DNA of 64,000 bases from an uncultured Pseudomonadales bacterium (GTDB lineage: Bacteria; Pseudomonadota; Gammaproteobacteria; Pseudomonadales; CANNCY01), in the NCBI GenBank assembly GCA_947503335.1, contig CANNCY010000002.1:355823-419822 (forward strand), in the 5' to 3' direction. Each line of letters begins with the position of its first letter. Position 1 is the first letter of the stretch. The notes below the pieces were generated by a model, which was not told the origin of the DNA, made no database searches, and saw only the letters and a list, made by a program, of their open reading frames with translations. The translations under genes and the position numbers were made by a program. Positions 38,868 through 48,650 of the stretch are shown one piece after another.

Positions 38868-41510
38868 TTAATTAAATTCTTTCTTAAATCGTAACTGGAA
38901 CTCACGTGGGCGCTTACGACTGTTTAACGTCATGTAGCGACCGTTGGTTGGGTAATCAGAGATCTGCCCATCTTGCCAGGTATCAACCCAAGCAACTGAA
39001 CGCTCATCCCAAACATTCTGAATAGAGAAGGTTACACTCCAATCTTCTTGCTTGATTAAGCCCATTCTAAAGTTAGCCCATTCTTGCTCTGGAATCAGCT
39101 CGATACCACGCTGAGCATTCCACCAGTCGTGCGAACGAGAATCTTCCCATGCATGGTCATAGCGGAACCATAGATCGATACCACTCATCACTTCGGGCAC
39201 TTCATAGTTGACACCCAAATACCATTTAGCATCTGGCGCAATCGCAAGCTTCTGCCCTTTCACAGCAAGCATGTCGGTGTTGTAGTCCCAACCACCGAGT
39301 GCATCACTGCCTGCTGGGCCGCGAGCATTGATCTTATCCCACTGAAGTGGCGCATCGGCATATGGAGCATCGTCACTCATACGCGCTTCACTGATAAAGA
39401 AGCTACCATCTAGGCTTATATTTTCTGTCGCCTGGAACCTGAACGAGGTTTCGTTACCCTGCGAATAAGCATCACCCACGTTCACGTGAGCACTCACACC
39501 CCACATGGTCCAATCCCACCAGCCGGCCGGATCACCCACAGAGCGCTGCATGTTCTCCCACTCCATATAGAAGAAGGTAGAGTTCACTTCTAGGCGGCCA
39601 TCTAACCACATCGACTTGATACCGATCTCGTGGTTAAACAGTTTGTCAGACGCATACTGCTTAGGTAGAACTGACTGCTTACGTAGCGAGTTGTTACCAC
39701 CGAGCCTAAAGCCTTCGCTATAGGTACCGTAAATCATGGCGTCGTCAGTGATCTGGTAAGTTACGCTGAACTTCTTAACCATATCGTCGTCTTTGCCATC
39801 GTAGGCATCTAGACCACCGGTTTCGTAGTTACCGTAAGGTACACGCTCGGGCCAGAACTGCCACTCGTCACGCTTACGCTCATAACCAAACCAACGCAAA
39901 CCAGCTAATACAGACAGTTTATCGGTAATGTCGTAAGAGAATTCACCGAACACTGCTTTTTGCGTTGTATCGCGATAGAAGTAAGTATCGTAGTATTTTT
40001 CGGTTGGCATTACTGGATAGTCAACATCGTAACCTGCGTACGACTGCCACCAAGCTAGGTAAGCCATACTGCCCCACCAGTCATAGTAGTTCGTACCCTG
40101 CCAAGCAGTTAGGTTTTCGAGGTTCTCCATGTTGTACCACCAGTTCCAGTAGTCATACGACTCTTCGTAATAACCACCGACCATCCACTGGAACTTGCTA
40201 TCACCTTGCGAAGCTAAACGTACTTCTAACGAGTTACGACGTGCAACCTGGTCGTTATGGATTGTGCCTAAATTAAAGTCAAAATCGTAAGCAGTCTGCA
40301 ACGTGTAGTACGACGCATCGTACGTACCTAAGTAATAGTCGTATTCGCTAAACTGGTTCCAACCCGCTTTGGCTCCGTAAGACTTTAGCAAGGTATCAGT
40401 TGAGTTATCTAAAACGTAATCAACGGTACGATCTAGATGCGATGCCGCAATGGTTAGCTCTGCAAAGCCTAAATCACCTGTTAAGGTTAGTGCGGCAGTA
40501 AACCAATCATCTTCACGCCAATCTTTATAGAAACGAACGATTTCATATTCGCCAACTAGTGGGTCTTCTTTCCAGTCACCACGTGACATAGCAGTCTGCT
40601 TCATGTACATGAAGTCAGCTGTCCAGTCATCATTGATGTTCCAGATAGCATTTACCCTGAAACCAGTTTGATCCCAAGTATTAAAGTCTTTCTCAACAAC
40701 GTCATCGTTAGTAACGTTTGCTAAGAAACTAGTGTCGTAGTAGTACTTTGGATTGGTTGGATCTGGGTTGTCTTCCCATAAACCATTCTTAAAGATGTTC
40801 GCATTGCCACGAACGTTGTCGATGAAGCCGCCTTCATGAACGTCATAACCAACTAAGCGAATTGCAAACTTATCTTCAACAATTGGAATGTTTACCGCAC
40901 CCTCAATTGAGTAGCTCTCGCTGCCTTCAGCAACGGTAGAACCGCTTACTTCAACCCAACCGCTAGTTACAGAGGTATCGGCCTTTTTAGTGATGATTCG
41001 CATCGCACCAGACTGCGAGCTAGAACCAAATAGCGTACCCTGAGGCCCAGGTAGTGCTTCGACACGCTCGATGTCAACCATACGCGGGTCAACCTGAGAC
41101 GCGGCCAAGGTCATTGGCACTTCGTCAAGATAAACCGCGGTAGACGAGTCTGTACGCCATTCGGCAGTACCGGTACTGATACCACGGAACACGATCTCGT
41201 TCTGGCCTGGGTTAACAGCAACAGACGCAACACTTGGAATAGCATTTACGTAATCGCCAAAGTTCTGAAAGTTAAGTTTTTCAATTTGATCAGCACCAAA
41301 GGCCTGGGCTGATTGAGCTAGATCTTGAAGACTAGATTCACGCTTAGTCGCGGTAACCGTAATTTCTTCAAGGGCTAACGACGATTTTTCTTCAGCATCG
41401 GCATTCGCCTCTTGCTCTTGAGCAATCGCTTGCATGGCTGTCATTGACGCTGCAGTAGCAATAGCTAATGCGATAGGCGTCTTTGACGACCTGATAGTCG
41501 GTGTAGACAT
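38868..41510 (-). CDS. Large TonB-dependent receptor (880 aa, Trp/Tyr-rich loops)
   Basis: LEEITVTATKRE, IERVEALPGPQGTLFG, YSEGFRLGG, QNVWDE, C-terminal KKEFN. Confidence 0.93.
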   Translation of the reverse strand: MSTPTIRSSKTPIALAIATAASMTAMQAIAQEQEANADAEEKSSLALEEITVTATKRESSLQDLAQSAQAFGADQIEKLNFQNFGDYVNAIPSVASVAVNPGQNEIVFRGISTGTAEWRTDSSTAVYLDEVPMTLAASQVDPRMVDIERVEALPGPQGTLFGSSSQSGAMRIITKKADTSVTSGWVEVSGSTVAEGSESYSIEGAVNIPIVEDKFAIRLVGYDVHEGGFIDNVRGNANIFKNGLWEDNPDPTNPKYYYDTSFLANVTNDDVVEKDFNTWDQTGFRVNAIWNINDDWTADFMYMKQTAMSRGDWKEDPLVGEYEIVRFYKDWREDDWFTAALTLTGDLGFAELTIAASHLDRTVDYVLDNSTDTLLKSYGAKAGWNQFSEYDYYLGTYDASYYTLQTAYDFDFNLGTIHNDQVARRNSLEVRLASQGDSKFQWMVGGYYEESYDYWNWWYNMENLENLTAWQGTNYYDWWGSMAYLAWWQSYAGYDVDYPVMPTEKYYDTYFYRDTTQKAVFGEFSYDITDKLSVLAGLRWFGYERKRDEWQFWPERVPYGNYETGGLDAYDGKDDDMVKKFSVTYQITDDAMIYGTYSEGFRLGGNNSLRKQSVLPKQYASDKLFNHEIGIKSMWLDGRLEVNSTFFYMEWENMQRSVGDPAGWWDWTMWGVSAHVNVGDAYSQGNETSFRFQATENISLDGSFFISEARMSDDAPYADAPLQWDKINARGPAGSDALGGWDYNTDMLAVKGQKLAIAPDAKWYLGVNYEVPEVMSGIDLWFRYDHAWEDSRSHDWWNAQRGIELIPEQEWANFRMGLIKQEDWSVTFSIQNVWDERSVAWVDTWQDGQISDYPTNGRYMTLNSRKRPREFQLRFKKEFN

Positions 41511-41582
41511 AAAGGGTACTCCCCAATAGTTATTCTTATCTGCGCAGTAATACGTACGGATTTACCGCACGATCAACTCCAC

Positions 41583-41600
41583 TGTAAAGAATACTAAACA
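41583..41600. promoter_or_regulatory. 18-bp operator TGTAAAGAATACTAAACA (PuuR/PauR-like)
   Basis: Same pattern as the two sites upstream of puuC; regulator identity is inferred. Confidence 0.5.
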
Positions 41601-41627
41601 GGGGCTCAACCCTAACAAGCGCTATAT

Positions 41628-42569
41628 TTACGCGGGCTCAGTTGAATTTAATTCATCTGTCAACAATATAAGGCCGGGCGTTTTAAGCAACTGCTGTCGC
41701 AACCATTGATAAAAGGCCGTTATCTTAGGGTCATGACGACGATCGCGACGACAAACAAAATGCCACCCTGCCGACTGCGTTACCTCAAGACCATCAAACA
41801 GTTTTACCAACTCGCCAGAAGCTAGCTGTGACACAACATAGGGATGCATCGCCAAACCAACGCCATGTCCTTGGGCAGCAATGGTTAGTGCGTGATCATA
41901 ACTATCTAACTGTAAACCACCATCAGGGTCAGCATCTTCTACGTCGTTAGCCGCTAACCAGGTTGCCCAATCTTGCTGAGACGGGTACACCTGTAATAGA
42001 GGTAACTGTGACAGCTGTTTTGGATCAGTAATAGGCCCGTGAGCAGCAATAAAATCTGGGCTTGCCACCGGAAACAACTCACAGGCAAATAAAGGCCAAC
42101 ACTCGACATTTGGGTCGTCAGGCGCACCAATCATAATGCAGGCATCGATGGTGGTTTGAGTAAAATCGACATCCCACTGTGCAGTTTGTAGTTGCACGTT
42201 TATATCAGAATGATTTTCTTGAAAATCAGCCAGCCTAGGAATCAACCAACGAATAGCAAGTGTCGAATACAACGACAAATTTAAGGTTGGGCTACGCTCG
42301 GGCGTCAAAATAGACTTAGTCGCTTCGCTTATTTCCCAAAATGCTAGCTGCACCACGGGATAATAATTGCGCCCGGCATCGGTCAACTCAACTGCCCGCG
42401 CGCGACGATGAAATAGCTCGGTACCTAAAAAACCTTCTAAAAGTTTGATCTGATGACTAATGGCAGAATGCGATACGCAAAGCTCATCTGCCGCATCTCT
42501 GAAAGATCCGTGACGAGCCGCTGCTTCAAAGCTTCGCAGGGCATTTAAAGGGGGCAATTTGTGGCGCAT
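41628..42569 (-). CDS. LysR-family regulator, GcvA subfamily
   Basis: LPPLNALRSFEAAARHGSF...SAISHQIKLLE, WLIPRL; likely start ATG 42569. Confidence 0.9.
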   Translation of the reverse strand: MRHKLPPLNALRSFEAAARHGSFRDAADELCVSHSAISHQIKLLEGFLGTELFHRRARAVELTDAGRNYYPVVQLAFWEISEATKSILTPERSPTLNLSLYSTLAIRWLIPRLADFQENHSDINVQLQTAQWDVDFTQTTIDACIMIGAPDDPNVECWPLFACELFPVASPDFIAAHGPITDPKQLSQLPLLQVYPSQQDWATWLAANDVEDADPDGGLQLDSYDHALTIAAQGHGVGLAMHPYVVSQLASGELVKLFDGLEVTQSAGWHFVCRRDRRHDPKITAFYQWLRQQLLKTPGLILLTDELNSTEPA

Positions 42570-42639
42570 ATTATGGTACTTATCGATTGAGCCTTGAGCC
42601 CATTCTGGCACACCTCATTTAGTGCTTTCAATACGATAG

Positions 42640-42686
42640 TTGCGCGGCAAACGTTTTACACTTATAGTGATATCAAATTGATATCA
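42640..42686 (+). promoter_or_regulatory. sigma70 promoter overlapped by a TGATATCA-N3-TGATATCA operator
   Basis: -35 TTGCGC at 42640-45, 17-bp spacer, -10 TATAGT at 42663-68; palindromic octamers at 42668-75 and 42679-86. Confidence 0.75.
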
Positions 42687-42699
42687 TTACGGAGCTATC

Positions 42700-43542
42700 A
42701 TGTACAACTTGATCGAAGAAAAAATAGGCTTTTCGCTAGATGGCTATTTAGTGCTTGTCATCGGTGCCATCGCTATTTACGCACTCGTTTTAATATCAGC
42801 AAGCCCGCTTTGGTTAGGAGTGATACTAGCAATTGTGTTACCCGGTTTCTTTATGATCCAGCCCAACGAAGCTAAGGCACTGATACTGTTTGGCTCTTAC
42901 GTAGGCACCGTTGAGAAAAACGGGCTACGCTGGACCGTTCCATTCTTTATGCGCAAGCGCGTGTCTAAGCGTATTCGTAACTTTGAAAGCTCGAAACTTA
43001 AGGTTAACGATGAGCACGGTAATCCGATCGAGATTGCCGCAGTTGTTGTTTGGCGAGTTCAAAACAGCGCCGATGCGCTATTCTCGGTAGACAACTACGA
43101 GAGCTACGTGGCGATTCAAAGTGAAGCTGCACTTCGAAATCTTGCTACTAGCTTTCCGTACGATCTTCACGAAGGCGACACCATAGCGTTGCGTAGCCAT
43201 CCAACTGAGGTATCAGCCAAGTTGGTCGACGAACTTAAGTCTCGTTTATTGCAAGCGGGTGTTGAAGTACAAGAAGCACGTATCAGCCATCTCGCATATG
43301 CCCCAGAAATTGCCAGCGCAATGCTGCAACGCCAACAGGCATCAGCCGTTATTGCCGCGCGGCAAAAAATCGTCGAGGGCGCAGTGGGCATGGTTGAGCT
43401 AGCAATCAAAAAGCTTAGCGATGATGAAATCATTGAACTAGATGACGAGCGCAAAGCCGCTATGGTAAGCAACTTGTTAGTTGTACTTTGTGGCGAGAAT
43501 AACGCGCAACCCGTCATCAACTCGGGCTCGTTATACACCTAG
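42700..43542 (+). CDS. SPFH (band 7) domain membrane protein
   Basis: Two TMs, [46 protein letters not shown]. Confidence 0.92.
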   Translation: MYNLIEEKIGFSLDGYLVLVIGAIAIYALVLISASPLWLGVILAIVLPGFFMIQPNEAKALILFGSYVGTVEKNGLRWTVPFFMRKRVSKRIRNFESSKLKVNDEHGNPIEIAAVVVWRVQNSADALFSVDNYESYVAIQSEAALRNLATSFPYDLHEGDTIALRSHPTEVSAKLVDELKSRLLQAGVEVQEARISHLAYAPEIASAMLQRQQASAVIAARQKIVEGAVGMVELAIKKLSDDEIIELDDERKAAMVSNLLVVLCGENNAQPVINSGSLYT

Positions 43543-43553
43543 GGATAGTCACT

Positions 43554-43760
43554 ATGAGTAGTAAAAAAAGCTATCCATTGCGCATCAACCCAGACATCCT
43601 CGCCGCCGTACAACGGTGGAGCGAGGATGAGCTACGTAGCACCAATGCACAAATAGAATACCTTCTGCGCGACGCCTTAGTGAAGGCTGGTAGAGTTAAA
43701 CTGGTTGAACCTTCTCAACTAGAGATTGTGAGAATTGACGGCAACGAATCGAAAGAATAG
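43554..43760 (+). CDS. Arc-family ribbon-helix-helix DNA-binding protein
   Basis: [10 protein letters not shown]...[18 protein letters not shown]. Confidence 0.85.
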   Translation: MSSKKSYPLRINPDILAAVQRWSEDELRSTNAQIEYLLRDALVKAGRVKLVEPSQLEIVRIDGNESKE

Positions 43761-43801
43761 TAGCTAAAGTGAGTACTAGTCTTTTCGAGGAACTGCACAT
43801 C

Positions 43802-44170
43802 ATGAAATGGTTTCTATTAATCTTTATGTCGTCACTTACACTAAACGTAAATGCCATCCAAGATGACATGTATGGCTCTATCGCTATCTCACTATCTACT
43901 GCGCATTATGGTTATTCAATTGATCAGGCATCACAGGGTAAAGCCGAGTCTGTTGCCATGAACGCATGCGAAATTCAATCTAACTACGCCGGCGACTGCA
44001 AGGCCTTAATCTGGTTCAAAAACCAAACCTGCGGCGCTATCGCAGTAAACAAAGATGGCGACTTTGGTGCAGGGTATGGCCCTGGTCATGAGGGTGCCCG
44101 CAATGCCGCTTTAGACCTATGTCATCGCGAAGGCCCAAATTGCGAAGTCATCAAGTCGATGTGCAACTGA
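43802..44170 (+). CDS. DUF4189-like exported Cys-rich protein
   Basis: Signal peptide; YGSIAIS, AMNAC...C...WFKNQTCGAIA...ALDLC...C...C. Confidence 0.8.
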   Translation: MKWFLLIFMSSLTLNVNAIQDDMYGSIAISLSTAHYGYSIDQASQGKAESVAMNACEIQSNYAGDCKALIWFKNQTCGAIAVNKDGDFGAGYGPGHEGARNAALDLCHREGPNCEVIKSMCN

Positions 44171-44238
44171 CATAATTGACACACTTCGTAAAGTAAGTGC
44201 TAGACTGCGCGCATTGATGTTTATGCAAGGGATTCAAT

Positions 44239-44820
44239 ATGTTTAACGCAAAATCGTTAATCACAGCTGCGGGCCTGACGATCGGCTTATTCGCTAGCGC
44301 TAGCACTTTAGCAGAAAAAAACGACGCGCCAGCCGAAGCGGCCATGTGCAACAACCTGCTAGATTACAGCCCACAGAACCTACGCGGCAAAGAATCGACT
44401 AATCTTTGCAGCGCCTTTAAAGGCAAAGTGATTCTAGCAGTTAACACAGCAAGTGAATGTGGTTTCACCCCCCAATTTGAAGGCCTTGAAGCACTCTATC
44501 AGAAATATAAAGACCAAGGCCTAGTGGTGCTTGGGTTCCCTTCGAACGACTTCTTTCAAGAGCATAAAGACTCTGATAAGACCGCTGATGTTTGCTACGT
44601 CAACTATGGTGTGACGTTTCCGGTATTTAAAGAATCAGCTGTTCGTGGCTCAGATGTTAATCCGTTCTTTAAAGAACTAGCCGCCCAAACAGATGTAAAA
44701 CCTAAGTGGAACTTTTATAAATATTTGATTGCTCGCGATGGCTCAGTAATTGATTCTTTTGGCTCGCGCACAGACCCAATGAGCGACACCATCACTAAGG
44801 CTATCGAAGCCCAGCTATAG
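44239..44820 (+). CDS. Glutathione peroxidase family protein (Cys type, exported)
   Basis: VNTASECGFTPQ, LGFPSNDF, KWNFYKYLI. Confidence 0.93.
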   Translation: MFNAKSLITAAGLTIGLFASASTLAEKNDAPAEAAMCNNLLDYSPQNLRGKESTNLCSAFKGKVILAVNTASECGFTPQFEGLEALYQKYKDQGLVVLGFPSNDFFQEHKDSDKTADVCYVNYGVTFPVFKESAVRGSDVNPFFKELAAQTDVKPKWNFYKYLIARDGSVIDSFGSRTDPMSDTITKAIEAQL

Positions 44821-44827
44821 GCTCCTT

Positions 44828-44854
44828 CAAGCCCCTGTTCATTTAAGGGGCTTG
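44828..44854 (+). terminator. Probable terminator after the glutathione peroxidase gene
   Basis: CAAGCCCCT/AGGGGCTTG stem followed by a T-rich tail. Confidence 0.65.
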
Positions 44855-44939
44855 CTACTCTTTACACTCAGTCGATAATGGTAGATTCATATCTATCGTC
44901 CATACTAACACTAGGAATCCATCGATCTGAGTACGCTAT

Positions 44940-46511
44940 TTGAACTTTATTCGACTTGCACTAGGGTCTCCTTTGACCCACCTCGCGCTGCTTGTCGCTA
45001 GCTTCGTGCTTGTCGAGATTAGTATCGAAGCCAAGATTATCGGGCTTGTTGAAGAACAATCCCGACATATCAATCAACGGCTATTAACGCGTATTAGTCA
45101 AGGTAATGCCGATCTAAACAATTTGATCAACGAACCTGATTTGGCAGCGATATTTGACGCCCAGGTGCAATCAGACACGCTTGCAGCCGATAAAATGAAA
45201 TCAGGCCAACTTTACGTGCAAATCAAAGCAATGGTCGTGCAAGCACAGCAAGTCGGGTCTCTGTCAAAGATAGCCCATGCCAGCCCCGACCAGATGATCA
45301 CCGTCACTAAGTTTTATACAACACCGTCTGTTTCACCCAAGTTTTTAGTGTTAATCCACGATATAGGCCGTATCGATTCTTTGATCTGGAGCATTCGTAC
45401 CATATTGATGGTAGCGTTTGCGCTAATTCTATTTATTGGTGCCATCAATTACCGTGCCCTAACCGAGAGCATTAACAAACGAAGGCAACAAGAGCGACAA
45501 GAGCTTGCCCATCTTATCGAGCAGCGCAGCCAATACCTCGACCTCATGATGCAGTTAAGCAGCTTGATGGCAGCATGTAATTCGCTGCAAACTGCTGCCG
45601 AAGTAGTGGCACCGATCGCCACTAAACTCGCCCCAGAATGCCGTGCAGGCTATATCGGGCTAGTTGAACAAGGTCGAGATAGAGTTAGACAAATGGCAAC
45701 CTGGGGGGGGATTGATTTTTCAACAGAAAACTTTGGCCACCAACAATGCTGGGCGCTTGTTAAAGGTCATCATCATGCGTCACATGATAACGATGTAGAC
45801 ATATACTGCGAGCACATATGCGAACGCAATGGCAACCATCTGTGCCTGCCGCTTATCGCTCAAGGCAATACGATTGGTGTATTGAGCATGTTTTTCGATA
45901 CTACTGAGGGGTTAGACTCAAGTAAGTCGATTGCTCTAGCAATGGCAGAGCAAATTGGCTTGGCGCTAGCTAATATGCAGCTACGTGAGCACTTAGAACG
46001 CCAAGCAATCATCGACCCGCTAACAGGGTTATTCAACCGCCGCCACATGATCGACACCCTCGAAACCCTTAATCAACAGATTATCTATGGCGATCATCGG
46101 GCCTGCGTAGTAATGCTAGACGTTGACCACTTCAAATCATTCAATGATTCGTTTGGCCATGATGCAGGTGACCAGCTACTAACCAAGCTAGCTATGGCGC
46201 TGAAACAAAGCTTGCGCGAAGACGATCGCGCCTTTAGATACGGCGGCGAGGAGTTTTGTATCATTTTGCCCAATGCCACACTAGAAGCGGCCGTAGCAGT
46301 GGCCGACAAGATACGTGATCAAATGACGCAGATACAAATTGCCACCAAAGACGGTGCCGCTGGGGCCACCATTTCGGCAGGCATCGCTATGATCGACGAC
46401 GACTGTATGGACACCAACACCGTACTTCAACGGGCCGATCGCGCTCTATATCAAGCCAAGCACAACGGCCGCAATCGTGTTGAGATATTTACTAACCAGC
46501 GCACTGATTAG
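44940..46511 (+). CDS. Membrane diguanylate cyclase (TM-GAF-GGDEF)
   Basis: Two TMs, GAF-like CWAL...CLPL, DPLTGLFNRR, DVDHFK, RYGGEEF, RxxD I-site (REDD). Confidence 0.92.
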   Translation: MNFIRLALGSPLTHLALLVASFVLVEISIEAKIIGLVEEQSRHINQRLLTRISQGNADLNNLINEPDLAAIFDAQVQSDTLAADKMKSGQLYVQIKAMVVQAQQVGSLSKIAHASPDQMITVTKFYTTPSVSPKFLVLIHDIGRIDSLIWSIRTILMVAFALILFIGAINYRALTESINKRRQQERQELAHLIEQRSQYLDLMMQLSSLMAACNSLQTAAEVVAPIATKLAPECRAGYIGLVEQGRDRVRQMATWGGIDFSTENFGHQQCWALVKGHHHASHDNDVDIYCEHICERNGNHLCLPLIAQGNTIGVLSMFFDTTEGLDSSKSIALAMAEQIGLALANMQLREHLERQAIIDPLTGLFNRRHMIDTLETLNQQIIYGDHRACVVMLDVDHFKSFNDSFGHDAGDQLLTKLAMALKQSLREDDRAFRYGGEEFCIILPNATLEAAVAVADKIRDQMTQIQIATKDGAAGATISAGIAMIDDDCMDTNTVLQRADRALYQAKHNGRNRVEIFTNQRTD

Positions 46512-48054
46512 TTACAACGTCTTCAGGCAGCACAAACCATCTTTCTTGGTCTACCCAGCTATCTACTCGCTGATTCTGAGACAACGACTCGGCCAGTTTA
46601 TATGCCCCATCAACAGCAGTGTTAAACGACTCGGCGTGGCCCCATTCTAGCGACTGCCCTAAGGTCACTGATAGCGACTGAGAACCTGTGTACTGCCACA
46701 CCCCAGAACGTTCGTTAAACTGGTAGTGAGCAACCCAATTGATGGCATGCTCTGCAATGTAACTGAGCGCATCAAAGATGTATTGAACCTCGTTTTGGCT
46801 CATCAAAAAATGTAAGTTAAAACGCACCCAACCAGGGCGATAACCCGCCTGCCCGTGACCTGTTTTATGTTCGTAAATCGCCGCTTGTTGTTTAGAAAGG
46901 TTCAACAAATGATGCGCATAGGGCCCTGCACAAGAGCAGCCGCCACGAACTTGAATACCAAACAAATCATTCAATAGCGCCACTACGAAGCCATAATGAA
47001 GCTCAACACCTTGAGCCATTAGCCTAAATGAGAAAATCGGCAATCGAGCTGCTTTGTCTCCACCAAGCAGCTCAAACTGGGGCTTATCTCTAAAAAACGC
47101 GAACGCCTGTTCAGCTAGTTGCTGCTCGCGCTGCTCTATCGCCTGCTCACCCAAATCACTTTTTAACTTAAAAGCGAGCCCTGCTCTAATTGAATCAACA
47201 ATCGCAGGAGTGCCGGCCTCTTCGCGACGTTCAATCGACTCGGTATACCAGTGATTGTTTTGATCCACATAGCGAACGGTGCCGCCGCCACATACCGTAG
47301 GTGCCTGCTCAACGTTTACCAAATCACGCTTAACAATGAGCAAACCAGGTGTAGAAGGGCCACCTACAAACTTATGCGTAGAAATAAATGCCGCGTCGAT
47401 ATCTAAACCCGCAACATCGATATCGATGTAAGGTGCTGCTGCGGCAAAATCAATGCCGAGAATTGCGTCGTGTTGCTGAAACAGTTGGGCGAGTTGCGAC
47501 AGTGGGGTTCTAATACCAGTAACGTTAGAGGCCGCACTAAAGCTACCGATAATTCGCTGCCCGCGGTATTGCTCAAGAAGTGACTGCACCGATGCTAAAC
47601 ATAACGAGCCGTCACTCGCTAATGACGCATTCACAACAGGCACACCCAGCTCTCGCCACACCAACTCGTTCGAATGATGTTCGTACGGCCCCAAGACCAC
47701 CACGGTATCGCTACAGGGCTCGATGTTTAACAAACCCACCCACTTGGTAATGGCCGCCGTTGCCCCAGCGCCGCTAAAGATCACGGCATAACGATCGTCT
47801 GCATTAACTGAATCTGCAATCAGCTGACGTGATTGCTCACGCAATGCCGAGGTATATCGCCCGGTGAATGAGCTCTCGCTATGGGTGTTCGCGTAATAAG
47901 GCAATACCTGCTCTTCGATATACTGTTCTATCGACGACACCGCTCGCCCAGATGCAGTTGCATCAGCATATACCAATGGCTTGTTACCAAAAGGGGTAGG
48001 CACCGCTGCATGATTGCCAATTAATTGCTGTCTAACTTGTGCGAACGTCGTCAT
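46492..48054 (-). CDS. Class V PLP aminotransferase / cysteine desulfurase-like protein
   Basis: YADATASGR, EHHSN, ISTHKFVGGP, RGGCSCAGPY. Confidence 0.88.
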   Translation of the reverse strand: MTTFAQVRQQLIGNHAAVPTPFGNKPLVYADATASGRAVSSIEQYIEEQVLPYYANTHSESSFTGRYTSALREQSRQLIADSVNADDRYAVIFSGAGATAAITKWVGLLNIEPCSDTVVVLGPYEHHSNELVWRELGVPVVNASLASDGSLCLASVQSLLEQYRGQRIIGSFSAASNVTGIRTPLSQLAQLFQQHDAILGIDFAAAAPYIDIDVAGLDIDAAFISTHKFVGGPSTPGLLIVKRDLVNVEQAPTVCGGGTVRYVDQNNHWYTESIERREEAGTPAIVDSIRAGLAFKLKSDLGEQAIEQREQQLAEQAFAFFRDKPQFELLGGDKAARLPIFSFRLMAQGVELHYGFVVALLNDLFGIQVRGGCSCAGPYAHHLLNLSKQQAAIYEHKTGHGQAGYRPGWVRFNLHFLMSQNEVQYIFDALSYIAEHAINWVAHYQFNERSGVWQYTGSQSLSVTLGQSLEWGHAESFNTAVDGAYKLAESLSQNQRVDSWVDQERWFVLPEDVVTNQCAG

Positions 48055-48176
48055 CTATAGCTCCTTAATAGAAGCCATCATGATAATCTCGCCCAAAAGA
48101 GATTTGGTGCCTATATTTTTACAATAAACCCTTTATAGTAAACATTATATCGATTAAATATTAAATCCTGATACAA

Positions 48177-48650
48177 ATGACCATATCTAAACTAGATATC
48201 AATATTCTTGATCTATTACAGCGAGACGCAAGCATTAGTGTGCAAGCAATCGCAGACAAATGCGCCATCTCAAAATCAGCGGCGTGGCGCCGCATTCAGC
48301 AGCTTCAGTCACAAGGCATTATCAAGCAGCAAGTCGCTTTACTAGACGCCGAGAAAATAGGCTTGGCCCTCACGGTTTACATCAGTATTCGCACCAATCA
48401 ACACAACAGTGAGTGGCACCAATGTTTTATTGAAACAATGGATCAAATAGATGAAGTTGTCGAAGTGTGCCGCATGAGTGGCGAGTTAGACTATTTGATC
48501 AAGGCAGTGGTAACCGATATGAAGCACTATGATCGGGTGTACCAGCAAATGATCAAAGCTGACCTAAGCGACGTTAGCGCCAGCTTTGTTATGGAACCAA
48601 TCAAGCAGACAACGGCCCTGCCGCTGTCGCCTGATTTATTGTCGAATTAG
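48177..48650 (+). CDS. Lrp/AsnC-family regulator (DecR-like)
   Basis: LDINILDLLQRDA, AWRRIQQL, RMSGELDY; divergent from the PLP enzyme. Confidence 0.9.
   Translation: MTISKLDINILDLLQRDASISVQAIADKCAISKSAAWRRIQQLQSQGIIKQQVALLDAEKIGLALTVYISIRTNQHNSEWHQCFIETMDQIDEVVEVCRMSGELDYLIKAVVTDMKHYDRVYQQMIKADLSDVSASFVMEPIKQTTALPLSPDLLSN

Noticed and set aside
44239-44820. Selenocysteine in the glutathione peroxidase
   Set aside because: The active-site codon is TGT (Cys); there is no in-frame TGA.
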